Assembly (NCBI GenBank): GCA_964342485.1
Contig: CAYFFO010000004.1
Span: 29,213 to 93,212, forward strand
Source: an uncultured Dehalococcoidia bacterium
GTDB lineage: Bacteria > Chloroflexota > Dehalococcoidia > Lucifugimonadales > CAJWER01
Direction: 5' to 3'
DNA: 64,000 bases
This document shows, piece by piece, positions 1 to 8,976 of the stretch (positions are counted from its first letter, which is position 1; each line of letters starts with the position of its first letter). Both the position numbers and the translations under genes were made by a program. The notes under the pieces are model-generated. The model saw nothing but the letters and a program-made list of their open reading frames with translations, was not told the origin of the DNA and did no database searches.

Positions 1-255
1 CTTCCATATTTAATCGAGCAAACAAACGTAGATATTGTATTCTACGAAGATTCTCCAATAGCTATAGATTTACCTATTACAGTTGAATTACAAGTCAAGG
101 AAGCGCCTCCAGGGCATAAAGGTGATACTGCTCAGGGCGGAACAAAACCCGTGACATTACAAACCGGTCTAAAAGTCCATACCCCACTGTTTGTAAACGA
201 AGGAGATATGTTGAAAATTGATACCAGGACCGGGGAATACATCTCAAGAATTTGA
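1..255 (+). CDS. efp: Elongation factor P, C-terminal fragment (gene begins upstream of window)
   Basis: Frame +1 is open from base 1 to TGA at 253-255. The translation KEAPPGHKGDTAQGGTKPVTLQTGLKVHTPLFVNEGDMLKIDTRTGEYISRI matches the conserved EF-P C-terminus (compare E. coli ...[25 protein letters not shown]). It is absent from the ORF track because no start codon lies in the window. Confidence 0.85.
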   Translation, partial: LPYLIEQTNVDIVFYEDSPIAIDLPITVELQVKEAPPGHKGDTAQGGTKPVTLQTGLKVHTPLFVNEGDMLKIDTRTGEYISRI

Positions 256-1462
256 ATTGAATATCTACGAGGTAAGTCAACTCACTTTTTATCTCAAAGA
301 ATTATTTGTTAACCATCCTGCTCTTAATGATATTTGGGTACAGGGCGAAATAACAAACCTGGCGCTACCTCCATCCGGACATTGTTATTTTTCTTTGCGT
401 GATTCTAATGCTTCTATAAAATGTGCGATGTTCAGAAATCAATCACAAGGATCAAAATTATTGTCAAACGGAACATCTGTAATAGCCCACGGTCAGATAT
501 CTATATATGAGGCTCGGGGAGATCTTCAAATCATAGTCGACAGTATATATCCCGAAGGCATTGGTGAACGAGAAATAAGATTAAATCAACTCCGCTCCAA
601 ACTAGAGAAAGAAGGACTATTTGATCAATCTAGAAAACGTACTTTATCAAGCTTTCCAAGAAAAATCGGGGTAGTCACATCGCCTACAGGATCAGTTTGG
701 CAGGACATACAAACAGTTATTAAGCGACGTTTCCCGTTAACAGAAATCTACTTTGCTCCAGCTGCAGTCCAAGGTATCCAGGCTACTGTAAGTTTGAATG
801 AAGCATTAGAAGCAATAAACCTTGTTGACGATTTAGATCTCATAATACTTGCACGGGGAGGCGGATCACTAGAAGATTTAGACGCATTTAACGAAGAATC
901 TATTGCGCATACAGTATTTGCAAGTAAAGCCCCTGTGATTAGTGCAATTGGCCACGAAACTGATCAGACAATAGTAGATCTGGTATCTGATGTCCGAGCC
1001 CCAACGCCTTCGGCAGCTGCAGAAATAGCTGTACCAAATGTTACAGATCTTAAATCAAATATATTATCCTATAATAACAGGGTATTTACTGGTCTAATGG
1101 AGCATGTAAAACTCTCCCGAATGAACCTCCTCCAACTAAAAGAAAGAAGTCTCCGGGGTAAACCTGAATTCATAAAATTCAAACAAGGAATTGATGATTT
1201 GACGGAAAACATTAGGAGAATACTTGATTACGACTTTAAAACAAAATTTGAATCAACATCTTCTCTTAAACTGAGATTGAATTCTCTAAGCCCTATAGCC
1301 ACAATGAAAAGAGGCTACTCTATAGTTGAAAACTCAGAAAATGGGACGGTAGTAACCAATGCTCATGGTTTATCAAAAAATGATGAAATTAAAGTGAAAC
1401 TTCATAAAGGACAATTCTCTGCAAATATCACATCCACGCAATCAGATAGGAAAAGCAGATAG
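218..1462 (+). CDS. xseA: Exodeoxyribonuclease VII large subunit
   Basis: 414-aa ORF with an N-terminal OB-fold region (VSQLTFYLKELF...IWVQGEITN) and the catalytic core (VVTSPTGSVWQDI, ARGGGSLEDLDAFN, ISAIGHETDQTI) typical of XseA. The TTG at 218 follows AGGAG at 201-205 but overlaps efp. An alternative TTG at 257 lies just after the efp stop. Confidence 0.93.
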   Translation: MIPGPGNTSQEFELNIYEVSQLTFYLKELFVNHPALNDIWVQGEITNLALPPSGHCYFSLRDSNASIKCAMFRNQSQGSKLLSNGTSVIAHGQISIYEARGDLQIIVDSIYPEGIGEREIRLNQLRSKLEKEGLFDQSRKRTLSSFPRKIGVVTSPTGSVWQDIQTVIKRRFPLTEIYFAPAAVQGIQATVSLNEALEAINLVDDLDLIILARGGGSLEDLDAFNEESIAHTVFASKAPVISAIGHETDQTIVDLVSDVRAPTPSAAAEIAVPNVTDLKSNILSYNNRVFTGLMEHVKLSRMNLLQLKERSLRGKPEFIKFKQGIDDLTENIRRILDYDFKTKFESTSSLKLRLNSLSPIATMKRGYSIVENSENGTVVTNAHGLSKNDEIKVKLHKGQFSANITSTQSDRKSR

Positions 1463-1491
1463 GAAAAGATACTAGAACCAGACAGGAAAAC
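1443..1491 (+). repeat. 13-bp tandem duplication CAGATAGGAAAAG x2 (1443-1455, 1456-1468) plus a degenerate third copy CAGACAGGAAAAC (1479-1491), spanning the xseA stop codon
   Basis: Read directly from the sequence. The xseA stop TAG (1460-1462) lies inside the second copy. Confidence 0.8.
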
Positions 1492-1566
1492 CTGCGATAA
1501 TTTATTTAAGTCAATTTGTTTAATATGATTACAAAATTCACCTGATAATTAAAAGTCCAACTGAAA

Positions 1567-1824
1567 TTGAAACAAGATAAACCTAAAAATAATCCACCTG
1601 AAATTACTTTTGAGACAGCAATATTACAACTTGAAAACGTAGTTCAAAAACTTGAATCTGGAAATTTACCACTAGAAGAAGCAACTAGTCTTTATGAAAA
1701 AGGGATGGAATTATCCAAACTTTGCAATAAGATACTTACCAGTGCAGAACTAAGAATCACTCAAATACAAACCTCATATGGAGATCAACTTCCATCATCG
1801 CCCGAAAGTGAATTAGGTGAATAA
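1567..1824 (+). CDS. xseB: Exodeoxyribonuclease VII small subunit
   Basis: 85-aa ORF with a TTG start. ITFETAILQLENVVQKLESGNLPLEEATSLYEKGMELSKLCNKIL is the canonical XseB helical hairpin. It lies immediately downstream of xseA. Confidence 0.9.
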   Translation: MKQDKPKNNPPEITFETAILQLENVVQKLESGNLPLEEATSLYEKGMELSKLCNKILTSAELRITQIQTSYGDQLPSSPESELGE

Positions 1825-2497
1825 TAAGAGGCTTATTAAAGCCGATTTCCATATGCACACACATTTTTCTCCCGACTCCGAGACGGATCCAGACAAGCTG
1901 GTAAAACGCTGTTTGAAAGTAGGCCTGGAGTTAATCGCAGTTACCGATCACAATACTATCGAAGGTGCTTTAAAAGTTAAAGATTCAGCTCCATTCCCAG
2001 TAATTATTGGAGAGGAAATAAAAACTAGTGCCGGTGAAATCACCGGACTTTTTTTAAAAGAAACCATTCCAGCTGGACTATCGCCGATAGATACAGCACA
2101 TCGCATTAAAGACCAAGGAGGACTAGTTTCTTTGCCTCACCCTTTTGACCGATTTCGCAGCGAGGTTATAGATAGCAAAGCTATAGATGAATTAATACCG
2201 TTACTGGATATTGTGGAAATATTCAATTCGAGAAATAATCTCAGTGCTGACGATCGGAAAGCTGAAAAATTTGCTAAAGAACACAATCTGCTTACATCGG
2301 GAGTCAGTGACGCACACACACTCATGGAACTCGGTAGAACATACGTACAAATGCCTGAATTCGACGGAACACCTTCAGACTTTAAAATTGCTTTATCTAA
2401 AGGCACAATTTTCGGGAAAAGAATGTCTCCACTAATTCATATTACCACTACTTTGACTCGAATTAAGAAGAAAATAATAGGTAGAGATCGAGTTTGA
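1817..2497 (+). CDS. PHP-domain metal-dependent phosphoesterase (COG0613 / TrpH-YciV-like)
   Basis: 226-aa ORF. N-terminal DFHMHTHFSPDS and VTDHNTIEGA are the PHP His/Asp metal motifs, and SDAH occurs late in the protein. The GTG start overlaps the xseB stop by 8 nt. Confidence 0.8.
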   Translation: MNNKRLIKADFHMHTHFSPDSETDPDKLVKRCLKVGLELIAVTDHNTIEGALKVKDSAPFPVIIGEEIKTSAGEITGLFLKETIPAGLSPIDTAHRIKDQGGLVSLPHPFDRFRSEVIDSKAIDELIPLLDIVEIFNSRNNLSADDRKAEKFAKEHNLLTSGVSDAHTLMELGRTYVQMPEFDGTPSDFKIALSKGTIFGKRMSPLIHITTTLTRIKKKIIGRDRV

Positions 2498-2620
2498 ACA
2501 TAGATGTGGTACACAACATAGTTTGGATAACTAATCTAAAACTGGTTAAATTTTACTATTTCGATAAAAATCAGCAGTGACATACTGAATTACCATAACA
2601 TTAACAAAATTTAAATCAAT

Positions 2621-3787
2621 GTGATTGCTTATATTTTAGTTATAAACTGTGTATTGATGAAAAATATAGAATCGAAAATACGTGCATTTGGTAAAGAATT
2701 GGGCTTTAATCAGGTTAGAATTACCTCAGCCAAACCCTTCTTAAGAGACGAGGCTGCTGCAATTTCACGAGTTAAAAACGGCCTAATGGACGGCTTATCT
2801 TGGTATACAGAAGAACGAGTTCACCGATCAACTCATCCTGAACTGCTTCTGCCTGAGGCCAAATCAATTATCTCACTGGGTATTAGTTATTTTAAAGATA
2901 GTAAAAAACAAATCAATAATGTCCCAAGAGGGAAAATTGCACGATATGCGTGGGGAGATGACTATCATAAAGTCATAAAAAGAAAACTTAAGGAATTTTC
3001 GTACGGTCTTGAAAAAACAATCGCCAAGCCAATAAGAACTAGAATTTTTGTAGATGATGGTCAAATGAATGATCGTGCTGCTGCAGCACGATCAGGGCTT
3101 GGCTGGTTCGGCAAAAACACTAATATCCTTACTCAGAAGTACGGCTCATGGGTATTTCTTAGTCAAGTAATCACGGATTTAGAACTCCGATCAGATACCC
3201 CACTTAAAAAAAATTGTGGAGACTGTGTAATTTGTATAGATGATTGTCCAACAGGGGCTATAGTCGCACCATACGTTATCGACAATCGACGTTGCATTTC
3301 GTTCCTCACTATTGAGCTTCGAGGTTCTATTCCGCGTGAACTTAGACCTTTAATTGGCGACTGGGTATTTGGTTGTGATATCTGCCAGGAAGTCTGCCCA
3401 GTAAACCGTAAAATTTCTTCAAGTAAGGAACCATTATTTGAACAAAAACACGATTTTGAAGCACCATCATTAATACCGTTACTGGCGCTAGATGACATTA
3501 GCTTTCAAAAAAGATTCCATAACAGTCCTATCAAAAGAACAAAAAGAATAGGGCTACAGAGAAATGTTTGTGTTGCTCTTGGTAATATTGGAGATAAAAT
3601 GGCTTTACCAGCTTTAGAGAAAACTCTACTATCATCTGATAAAATTGTACGTGAACATGCTGCCTGGGCTATTGGAAAGATTGGTGGACCTAAGTCTATA
3701 TCAATATTGAATAATGCACTAAAACATGAGCATGAACCTCAAGTAACAAAAGAAATTCTACTTTCACTGACAGATAAACGTAGCTAA
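2621..3787 (+). CDS. queG: Epoxyqueuosine reductase
   Basis: Two ferredoxin-type Cys clusters (CGDCVICIDDCPTGA, CDICQEVCP), the GLGWFGKNTN motif and C-terminal HEAT-like repeats (ALGNIGD..., VREHAAWAIGKIGG). The likely true start is ATG 2657 (MKNIESKIRAFG...). Confidence 0.9.
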   Translation: MIAYILVINCVLMKNIESKIRAFGKELGFNQVRITSAKPFLRDEAAAISRVKNGLMDGLSWYTEERVHRSTHPELLLPEAKSIISLGISYFKDSKKQINNVPRGKIARYAWGDDYHKVIKRKLKEFSYGLEKTIAKPIRTRIFVDDGQMNDRAAAARSGLGWFGKNTNILTQKYGSWVFLSQVITDLELRSDTPLKKNCGDCVICIDDCPTGAIVAPYVIDNRRCISFLTIELRGSIPRELRPLIGDWVFGCDICQEVCPVNRKISSSKEPLFEQKHDFEAPSLIPLLALDDISFQKRFHNSPIKRTKRIGLQRNVCVALGNIGDKMALPALEKTLLSSDKIVREHAAWAIGKIGGPKSISILNNALKHEHEPQVTKEILLSLTDKRS

Positions 3788-3817
3788 AACACTTGATTAA
3801 GACATAAATAACCTAGT

Positions 3818-4525
3818 ATGCAGACCAATAGACACAATAATCCACAGTCATCAAATCCAATTACCCCCTCAAGTACAGATTTGGAAAGAGTTAGATTTTC
3901 AATTGGAGTAGCTATATTTGGCGGGACAATAGGAGGGTCTGCGATCATAATCAATTTTCTCTCTCGATTTGAATTCCCAAATACTCCAGAACACATGAAT
4001 CTTATTTCATCGATATTTTTTGCTAGCTCCGGTGCTATTGGCGGAATACTAATAACAGGGCCTATAGCTTATTGGATTTACGGAGGATTACCGATATTCA
4101 AGTTCACTCCATTTAAGAACCGAGGACCGAGAAAGTTTCACACTTGGCTATTTCTTGGAATTGGTTACGGTATGACACTGCCTATGGTTTTAGGTATTCT
4201 ATTACCAATTTGGTATCGCTTTCTATTTTTTTACAGTGGGAGTATTAACTTCCCAACTTTGATTTCAAGCCTAATTGACCTAACTATGGGCTCATTATAT
4301 TTAGCCCCACTTCTTGGTTTTCAATATTTTTTCACTGGAATTGCTGCAGGAGCAATATTTTCCATAGGCGCATGGACAATCGATCACATTTCTCACAAAA
4401 TTCGAAAGGGAATTATTGGACCATTTATTGCTTGGACAATCTCTTTATGGATATCAGGGATAATAATTTCACTGTTGCTCCTATTACCAGAAACTTATTT
4501 GGCTCAAATCGGTAAATTAGGATAA
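3818..4525 (+). CDS. Hypothetical polytopic membrane protein (about 6 predicted TM segments, Q/N/P/S-rich N-terminus)
   Basis: 235-aa ORF starting 30 nt after queG. It has long hydrophobic Gly-rich segments. I recognise no family motif. Confidence 0.6.
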   Translation: MQTNRHNNPQSSNPITPSSTDLERVRFSIGVAIFGGTIGGSAIIINFLSRFEFPNTPEHMNLISSIFFASSGAIGGILITGPIAYWIYGGLPIFKFTPFKNRGPRKFHTWLFLGIGYGMTLPMVLGILLPIWYRFLFFYSGSINFPTLISSLIDLTMGSLYLAPLLGFQYFFTGIAAGAIFSIGAWTIDHISHKIRKGIIGPFIAWTISLWISGIIISLLLLLPETYLAQIGKLG

Positions 4526-4612
4526 AATCTAGGTTCGTCATAACATTTTTTTGAGTTTAACGTTAGAATAATTAAAGCGACAAATTCAACTTCGTGTTAG
4601 TATAGTCATGCA

Positions 4613-4664
4613 GCCCCACTCCCCTCCATCGACCTGCCGTTGGGGCAACTGTTGATCTGGAGGG
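4613..4664 (+). promoter_or_regulatory. Candidate RBS-sequestering leader structure upstream of ftsH
   Basis: GCCCCA (4613-4618) pairs with TGGGGC (4641-4646). The enclosed loop carries CCCTCCA (4622-4628), complementary to TGGAGGG (4658-4664), which contains the ftsH Shine-Dalgarno 7 nt before ATG 4671. Confidence 0.3.
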
Positions 4665-4670
4665 TTATTT

Positions 4671-6545
4671 ATGAATAATCGATTGAAACGAAACAGCTTC
4701 ATCTATCTTTTGATAGGAATAGCTGTTATTGCTATATTTTTTACTTTGTTTTCCGACCCCGGAAGCTCTCAAGAAATACCCATAGATGAAGTTATTTCCC
4801 TCGCTAAAAGAGGTCAGGTCGAATCTATAGAGATTTACGGAGAAAAATTAACCCTAGTAACAACACGGGGAGAAATATTTACCTCGCGCAAAGAAGATGG
4901 TGCAAGCATAATTGAGATGCTTCAAAATGCTGGAATAGATCCAGTTACCAATTCATTATCAATAGAAGTTCAGGGAACTGGTAGGATGGGAAGTATATTT
5001 GGCATTATCCTAAACTTCCTACCTCTGATATTTTTTGGGGGAGTTCTTCTTTTCATGATGAGACAAGCCCAAGGAAATACAAGTCAAACCTTCAATTTTG
5101 GCCGAAGTCGAGCAAAAATGTTAGTAGACAACCAACCAGACGTAAGTTTTGATGACGTTGCTGGAGCAGATGAAGCCAAAGAAGAATTGCAAGAAGTAGT
5201 TGAATTCCTTAAATACCCAGAACGTTTTTTAAATCTTGGTGCACGTATCCCTAAAGGAGTACTACTTGTCGGACCACCGGGCACAGGCAAAACTTTACTC
5301 GCTAGAGCAGTAGCAGGAGAAGCAGGTGTTCCGTTTTTCTCGATAAGCGGCAGTGAATTCGTAGAAATGTTTGTAGGGGTAGGCGCTTCAAGAGTGCGAG
5401 ATCTATTTGACCAAGCCAAACGTAACGCCCCATGTATAGTTTTTGTTGATGAAATTGATGCCGTTGGCAGGCACCGTGGCGCTGGACTTGGCGGTGGGCA
5501 CGATGAACGAGAACAGACACTTAACCAGATATTGGTTGAAATGGATGGTTTTGAAACCGGCGCCAACGTCATTGTAACCGCAGCCACAAATCGCCCCGAT
5601 ATTCTTGATCCAGCATTACTCAGGCCTGGCCGGTTTGATAGAAGAGTGACATTGGATAACCCTGACATTAAAGGACGAGAAGCAATACTCAAAGTTCACT
5701 CCAAAGGGAAACCGTTAAAAGAAAATACAGACCTTGAAGAAATAGCAAAACTTACTCCAGGGTTCAGTGGAGCTGATTTAGCAAACCTAGTCAACGAAGC
5801 CGCTATATTATCAGCAAGAAGGGAACTGACAGAAATTACGATTGATGAGTTTGTTGAATCAGTAGATAGGGTCATGCTAGGCCCTGCGCGAAAATCGAGA
5901 ATTATAAGTATAAAAGAAAAAGAAATGACTGCCTACCATGAAGCGGGCCATGCTCTTGTTGGTCATTTCCTGCCCCATGCTGACCCAATAGCTAAAGTTA
6001 CAATTGTATCTCGGGGAGCAACAGGAGGTCACACACGATCCTTACCAGAAGAAGAAAGACATATGTGGTCATTGAATCAATTCAAAGACCAGATGGCAGA
6101 AGCATTGGGAGGACGAGTGTCAGAAGAAAACATCTTTGGAGAAGACGAAATTACCACAGGAGCTGGCAATGACTTGGAGGTAGCAACATCAATAGCCAAG
6201 ACAATGGTAACAAGATATGGAATGAGCGATAAACTAGGCCCACGTACCTTCGGTAAACGTGAAGATATGGTATTCCTAGGACGAGAAATATCAGAACAAC
6301 GAGATTACAGTGATAAAATAGCTGAGACAATTGACGAAGAAGTACATTCTTTAATTGAGGAAGCTTATAAACGAGCTAAAGAATTACTTACTGATCACAA
6401 AGATAAACTGAAATTATTGGCTGAGTTTCTAATCGAAAATGAAACCGCGGACGCTAGCCATCTTGAAGAACTTTTAGGTAAAGTCCCGAAGGTAAAGTAC
6501 CAACCTACGCATAATACCAATGGCAACAATGGAATATCAGGATAG
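4671..6545 (+). CDS. ftsH: ATP-dependent zinc metalloprotease FtsH
   Basis: N-terminal TM pair, Walker A GPPGTGKT, Walker B VFVDEID, SRH region [18 protein letters not shown] and zinc site HEAGHAL. Confidence 0.98.
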   Translation: MNNRLKRNSFIYLLIGIAVIAIFFTLFSDPGSSQEIPIDEVISLAKRGQVESIEIYGEKLTLVTTRGEIFTSRKEDGASIIEMLQNAGIDPVTNSLSIEVQGTGRMGSIFGIILNFLPLIFFGGVLLFMMRQAQGNTSQTFNFGRSRAKMLVDNQPDVSFDDVAGADEAKEELQEVVEFLKYPERFLNLGARIPKGVLLVGPPGTGKTLLARAVAGEAGVPFFSISGSEFVEMFVGVGASRVRDLFDQAKRNAPCIVFVDEIDAVGRHRGAGLGGGHDEREQTLNQILVEMDGFETGANVIVTAATNRPDILDPALLRPGRFDRRVTLDNPDIKGREAILKVHSKGKPLKENTDLEEIAKLTPGFSGADLANLVNEAAILSARRELTEITIDEFVESVDRVMLGPARKSRIISIKEKEMTAYHEAGHALVGHFLPHADPIAKVTIVSRGATGGHTRSLPEEERHMWSLNQFKDQMAEALGGRVSEENIFGEDEITTGAGNDLEVATSIAKTMVTRYGMSDKLGPRTFGKREDMVFLGREISEQRDYSDKIAETIDEEVHSLIEEAYKRAKELLTDHKDKLKLLAEFLIENETADASHLEELLGKVPKVKYQPTHNTNGNNGISG

Positions 6546-6572
6546 GAAATATAAATATCTTATTGATATTAT

Positions 6573-7649
6573 CTATACAAGTTGAGGTGCGGATTTCAAA
6601 GCATCTATGACTTCATTTATTTCAGAAGCTTCAACATGGCCCATGTGTCCTATGCGGAAAATCTTACCCTCAACTGGTCCTTGACCACCTCCAAGTATTA
6701 TTCCCTTATTTTTACTTAGATATGAAAGCAATTCAGAACAAGATACGCCTTCGGGAACTTTTACTGCCGTGACTGTATTTGAAGCTATCTGCTTTTCTGG
6801 GAACAATTCCATACCTATTCCACTTATAGCTGATCTGGTCATATCAGCTATATACTGATGCCTTTTAAGCATAGAATCTATACCTTCTGAAATTATTTTT
6901 TCTAATGCTAAATCTAATGCAAAGTATGTCGAAAGGGATGGGGTATAAGGTGGTTGACCTTTTTCAAAATAACTTTTGTACTGTGCCATATCAAGATAAT
7001 ACTTCGGCATTGTTGAATTTTGATGCGCTTTCCATGCTTCTTCGCTAAAACTTATAAACGACAATCCCGGAGGAGTCATCCATCCTTTTTGAGAAGCAGT
7101 AGCCACAACATCGCATCCCCATTCATCAGTTTTAAGAGGTATCGAGCTTACGCTACTGATACCATCAACAAGCAGTAATTTGTTAAATTCTCCTTTAACT
7201 ATATTTGCAATAGCTTCTAAGTCATTAGTGACACCAGTAGAAGTCTCATTGTGCGTGACCAACACTGCTGTAAATTCTGGATCTTCGTTCAAAAATTTGC
7301 GTAGTACATTTATATCGACTGCCTTACCCCAAGGAAATTGCAGCTCAGTAACCTGTGCTCCATACCTTCTAGCTATTTCTCCAAAGCGATCCCCAAAATA
7401 CCCGATACTTGTGTTTAAAACTTTGTCTCCAGGAGAAAGAGTATTAACAACAGCTGCCTCTAAAGCTGCTGTACCTGAACCAGTTAATATAAAAACATCG
7501 CTAGTAGTCTCGAAAACCTCCTGTATTCTTTCCGTTATACGATACTGAATTTCCCGAAATTGTTGCCCTCTATGATTGATCATAGGAGAGGCCATTGCCG
7601 TAAGCACATCTTCTGGTACTGGTATAGGTCCAGGAATACGTAGATTCAA
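6573..7649 (-). CDS. Class V pyridoxal-phosphate aminotransferase (AGXT / serine-pyruvate aminotransferase type)
   Basis: 358 aa. It shows the PGP...MNHRG N-terminus, the THNETSTG motif and the PLP-lysine motif TASQKGW. Substrate is not assignable from sequence. Confidence 0.85.
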   Translation of the reverse strand: MNLRIPGPIPVPEDVLTAMASPMINHRGQQFREIQYRITERIQEVFETTSDVFILTGSGTAALEAAVVNTLSPGDKVLNTSIGYFGDRFGEIARRYGAQVTELQFPWGKAVDINVLRKFLNEDPEFTAVLVTHNETSTGVTNDLEAIANIVKGEFNKLLLVDGISSVSSIPLKTDEWGCDVVATASQKGWMTPPGLSFISFSEEAWKAHQNSTMPKYYLDMAQYKSYFEKGQPPYTPSLSTYFALDLALEKIISEGIDSMLKRHQYIADMTRSAISGIGMELFPEKQIASNTVTAVKVPEGVSCSELLSYLSKNKGIILGGGQGPVEGKIFRIGHMGHVEASEINEVIDALKSAPQLV

Positions 7650-7696
7650 TTAAATCCTCCTATCTTGATACGCTAATAACTTTAGATTAATAAAAC

Positions 7697-8962
7697 TTAT
7701 CCTATTTGGATAAACCTGCGTTTACCAATCCTTATTATATCTCCAGATTTTAACAAAGATGTTGTAATATTTTCACGCACATGTTTATCGTTAATTCTAA
7801 CCGCACCCTGATCGATTAGACGCCTTGCCTCACTGGAGCTTTGAGCAAGCCCAGATTCGACTATGAAATCACTTAACCGAACTAGATTGGCATCCAGTAT
7901 AAAAGTAGGAATATCTTCAGGTAATTTTCTCTGTTGTATAGTCTGTTCAAAATGTATTTCAGACAGTTCAGCAGACTTTTTATCATGAAATTGAGTAACC
8001 AAAACCCTAGCAAGCATCTTCTTCAGTTCCATTGGATTAACCATGCCATTACGAATATCATGATCCATATTTGCAATTTCTTTTTCAGAAATATCTGTCA
8101 GATAGTTAAAATAATCAATAACCGTAAATCTATCTTTTTTAGAACCTTCATCGAAGTCTGAATCCATAGCAGAGCTAATATCTGGCAAAGACATGATTTT
8201 ACCGTACATATCATTTGGAGATTCTTCTAACCCGATATAGTTACCTAAGCTCTTTCCCATCCTGCGTTTCCCATCTGTACCAACCAATATGGGCATCAAA
8301 AAACATTGCTGAGGATTCTGTCCCATAATCTTTTGTAAATCTCTGCCAACTAAAAGATTGAATTTCTGATCCGTTCCACCGAACTCTATGTCAGATTTGA
8401 TCGCGACAGAATCATACGCCTGAAGCAATGGATAGAGTAATTCAGTTATTGCAATCGGTTGATTATCACTAAATCTCTTCTCAAAATCATCTCTTGCCAA
8501 AAACTGAGCCACCGTGAAATGTCTAGTAAGATTAATTACGTCTGCTAAACCAAACGGCCCAAACCAATCACTTTGTAACCTTACTTCTGTTTTATCTTTG
8601 TCTACCACCTTAAAAAACTGTTTCAAATAAGTCTCAGCATTCAATTTAACCTGCTCGGATGTAAGCATCGGTCTAGTGGACGACTTACCACTCGGATCTC
8701 CAATCTGGGCCGTCCAGTCCCCTACGATAACTACAACTTTGTGTCCTATATCCTGAAGCTGTCTTAGTTTTCGAAGTCCAACAGAATGTCCTAAATGAAG
8801 ATCTGGTGCACTCGGGTCAAAACCCATCTTCAAAGTTAAAGGTCTATCTGACTGAAGTAAATCAACAAGTTCAGATTCAACTATTATCTCGGAAACCCCA
8901 CGCACTAGTATTTGATGTCTTAATTCAGGTGTGAATTTCATTCCATATTTCCATGATCTCAA
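7697..8962 (-). CDS. tyrS: Tyrosine--tRNA ligase
   Basis: HIGH-type motif HLGHSVG, KMSKS-type motif KMGKS and a C-terminal S4 domain (EARRLIDQGAVRIND). The real start may be the second Met (MKFTPEL). Confidence 0.93.
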   Translation of the reverse strand: MRSWKYGMKFTPELRHQILVRGVSEIIVESELVDLLQSDRPLTLKMGFDPSAPDLHLGHSVGLRKLRQLQDIGHKVVVIVGDWTAQIGDPSGKSSTRPMLTSEQVKLNAETYLKQFFKVVDKDKTEVRLQSDWFGPFGLADVINLTRHFTVAQFLARDDFEKRFSDNQPIAITELLYPLLQAYDSVAIKSDIEFGGTDQKFNLLVGRDLQKIMGQNPQQCFLMPILVGTDGKRRMGKSLGNYIGLEESPNDMYGKIMSLPDISSAMDSDFDEGSKKDRFTVIDYFNYLTDISEKEIANMDHDIRNGMVNPMELKKMLARVLVTQFHDKKSAELSEIHFEQTIQQRKLPEDIPTFILDANLVRLSDFIVESGLAQSSSEARRLIDQGAVRINDKHVRENITTSLLKSGDIIRIGKRRFIQIG

Positions 8963-8976
8963 AAACTCCTGTCAAA

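Noticed and set aside
2498-2656. Possible preQ1 riboswitch upstream of queG.
   Set aside because: I could not find the compact hairpin plus A-rich tail/CCC core of preQ1-I/II. In addition, queG is not a typical preQ1-regulated gene.
5084-5692. Long antisense ORFs inside well-supported genes. Examples are 5084-5692 and 5302-5520 in ftsH, 7180-7548 in the aminotransferase, several in rpoB/rpoC, 32284-32760 in argB, and 49174-49560 opposite ORF162.
   Set aside because: They lie fully within, and antisense to, genes with strong family motifs. Their translations are low-complexity (Ser/Pro/Leu/Arg rich), and none carries a recognisable motif. These are typical shadow ORFs.
8963-8976. T-box or other leader for tyrS, and an FMN riboswitch for ribF.
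   Set aside because: tyrS starts 14 nt after ribF, leaving no room for a leader. The 95-nt region upstream of ribF (9910-10004) shows none of the conserved FMN-element or T-box sequences.
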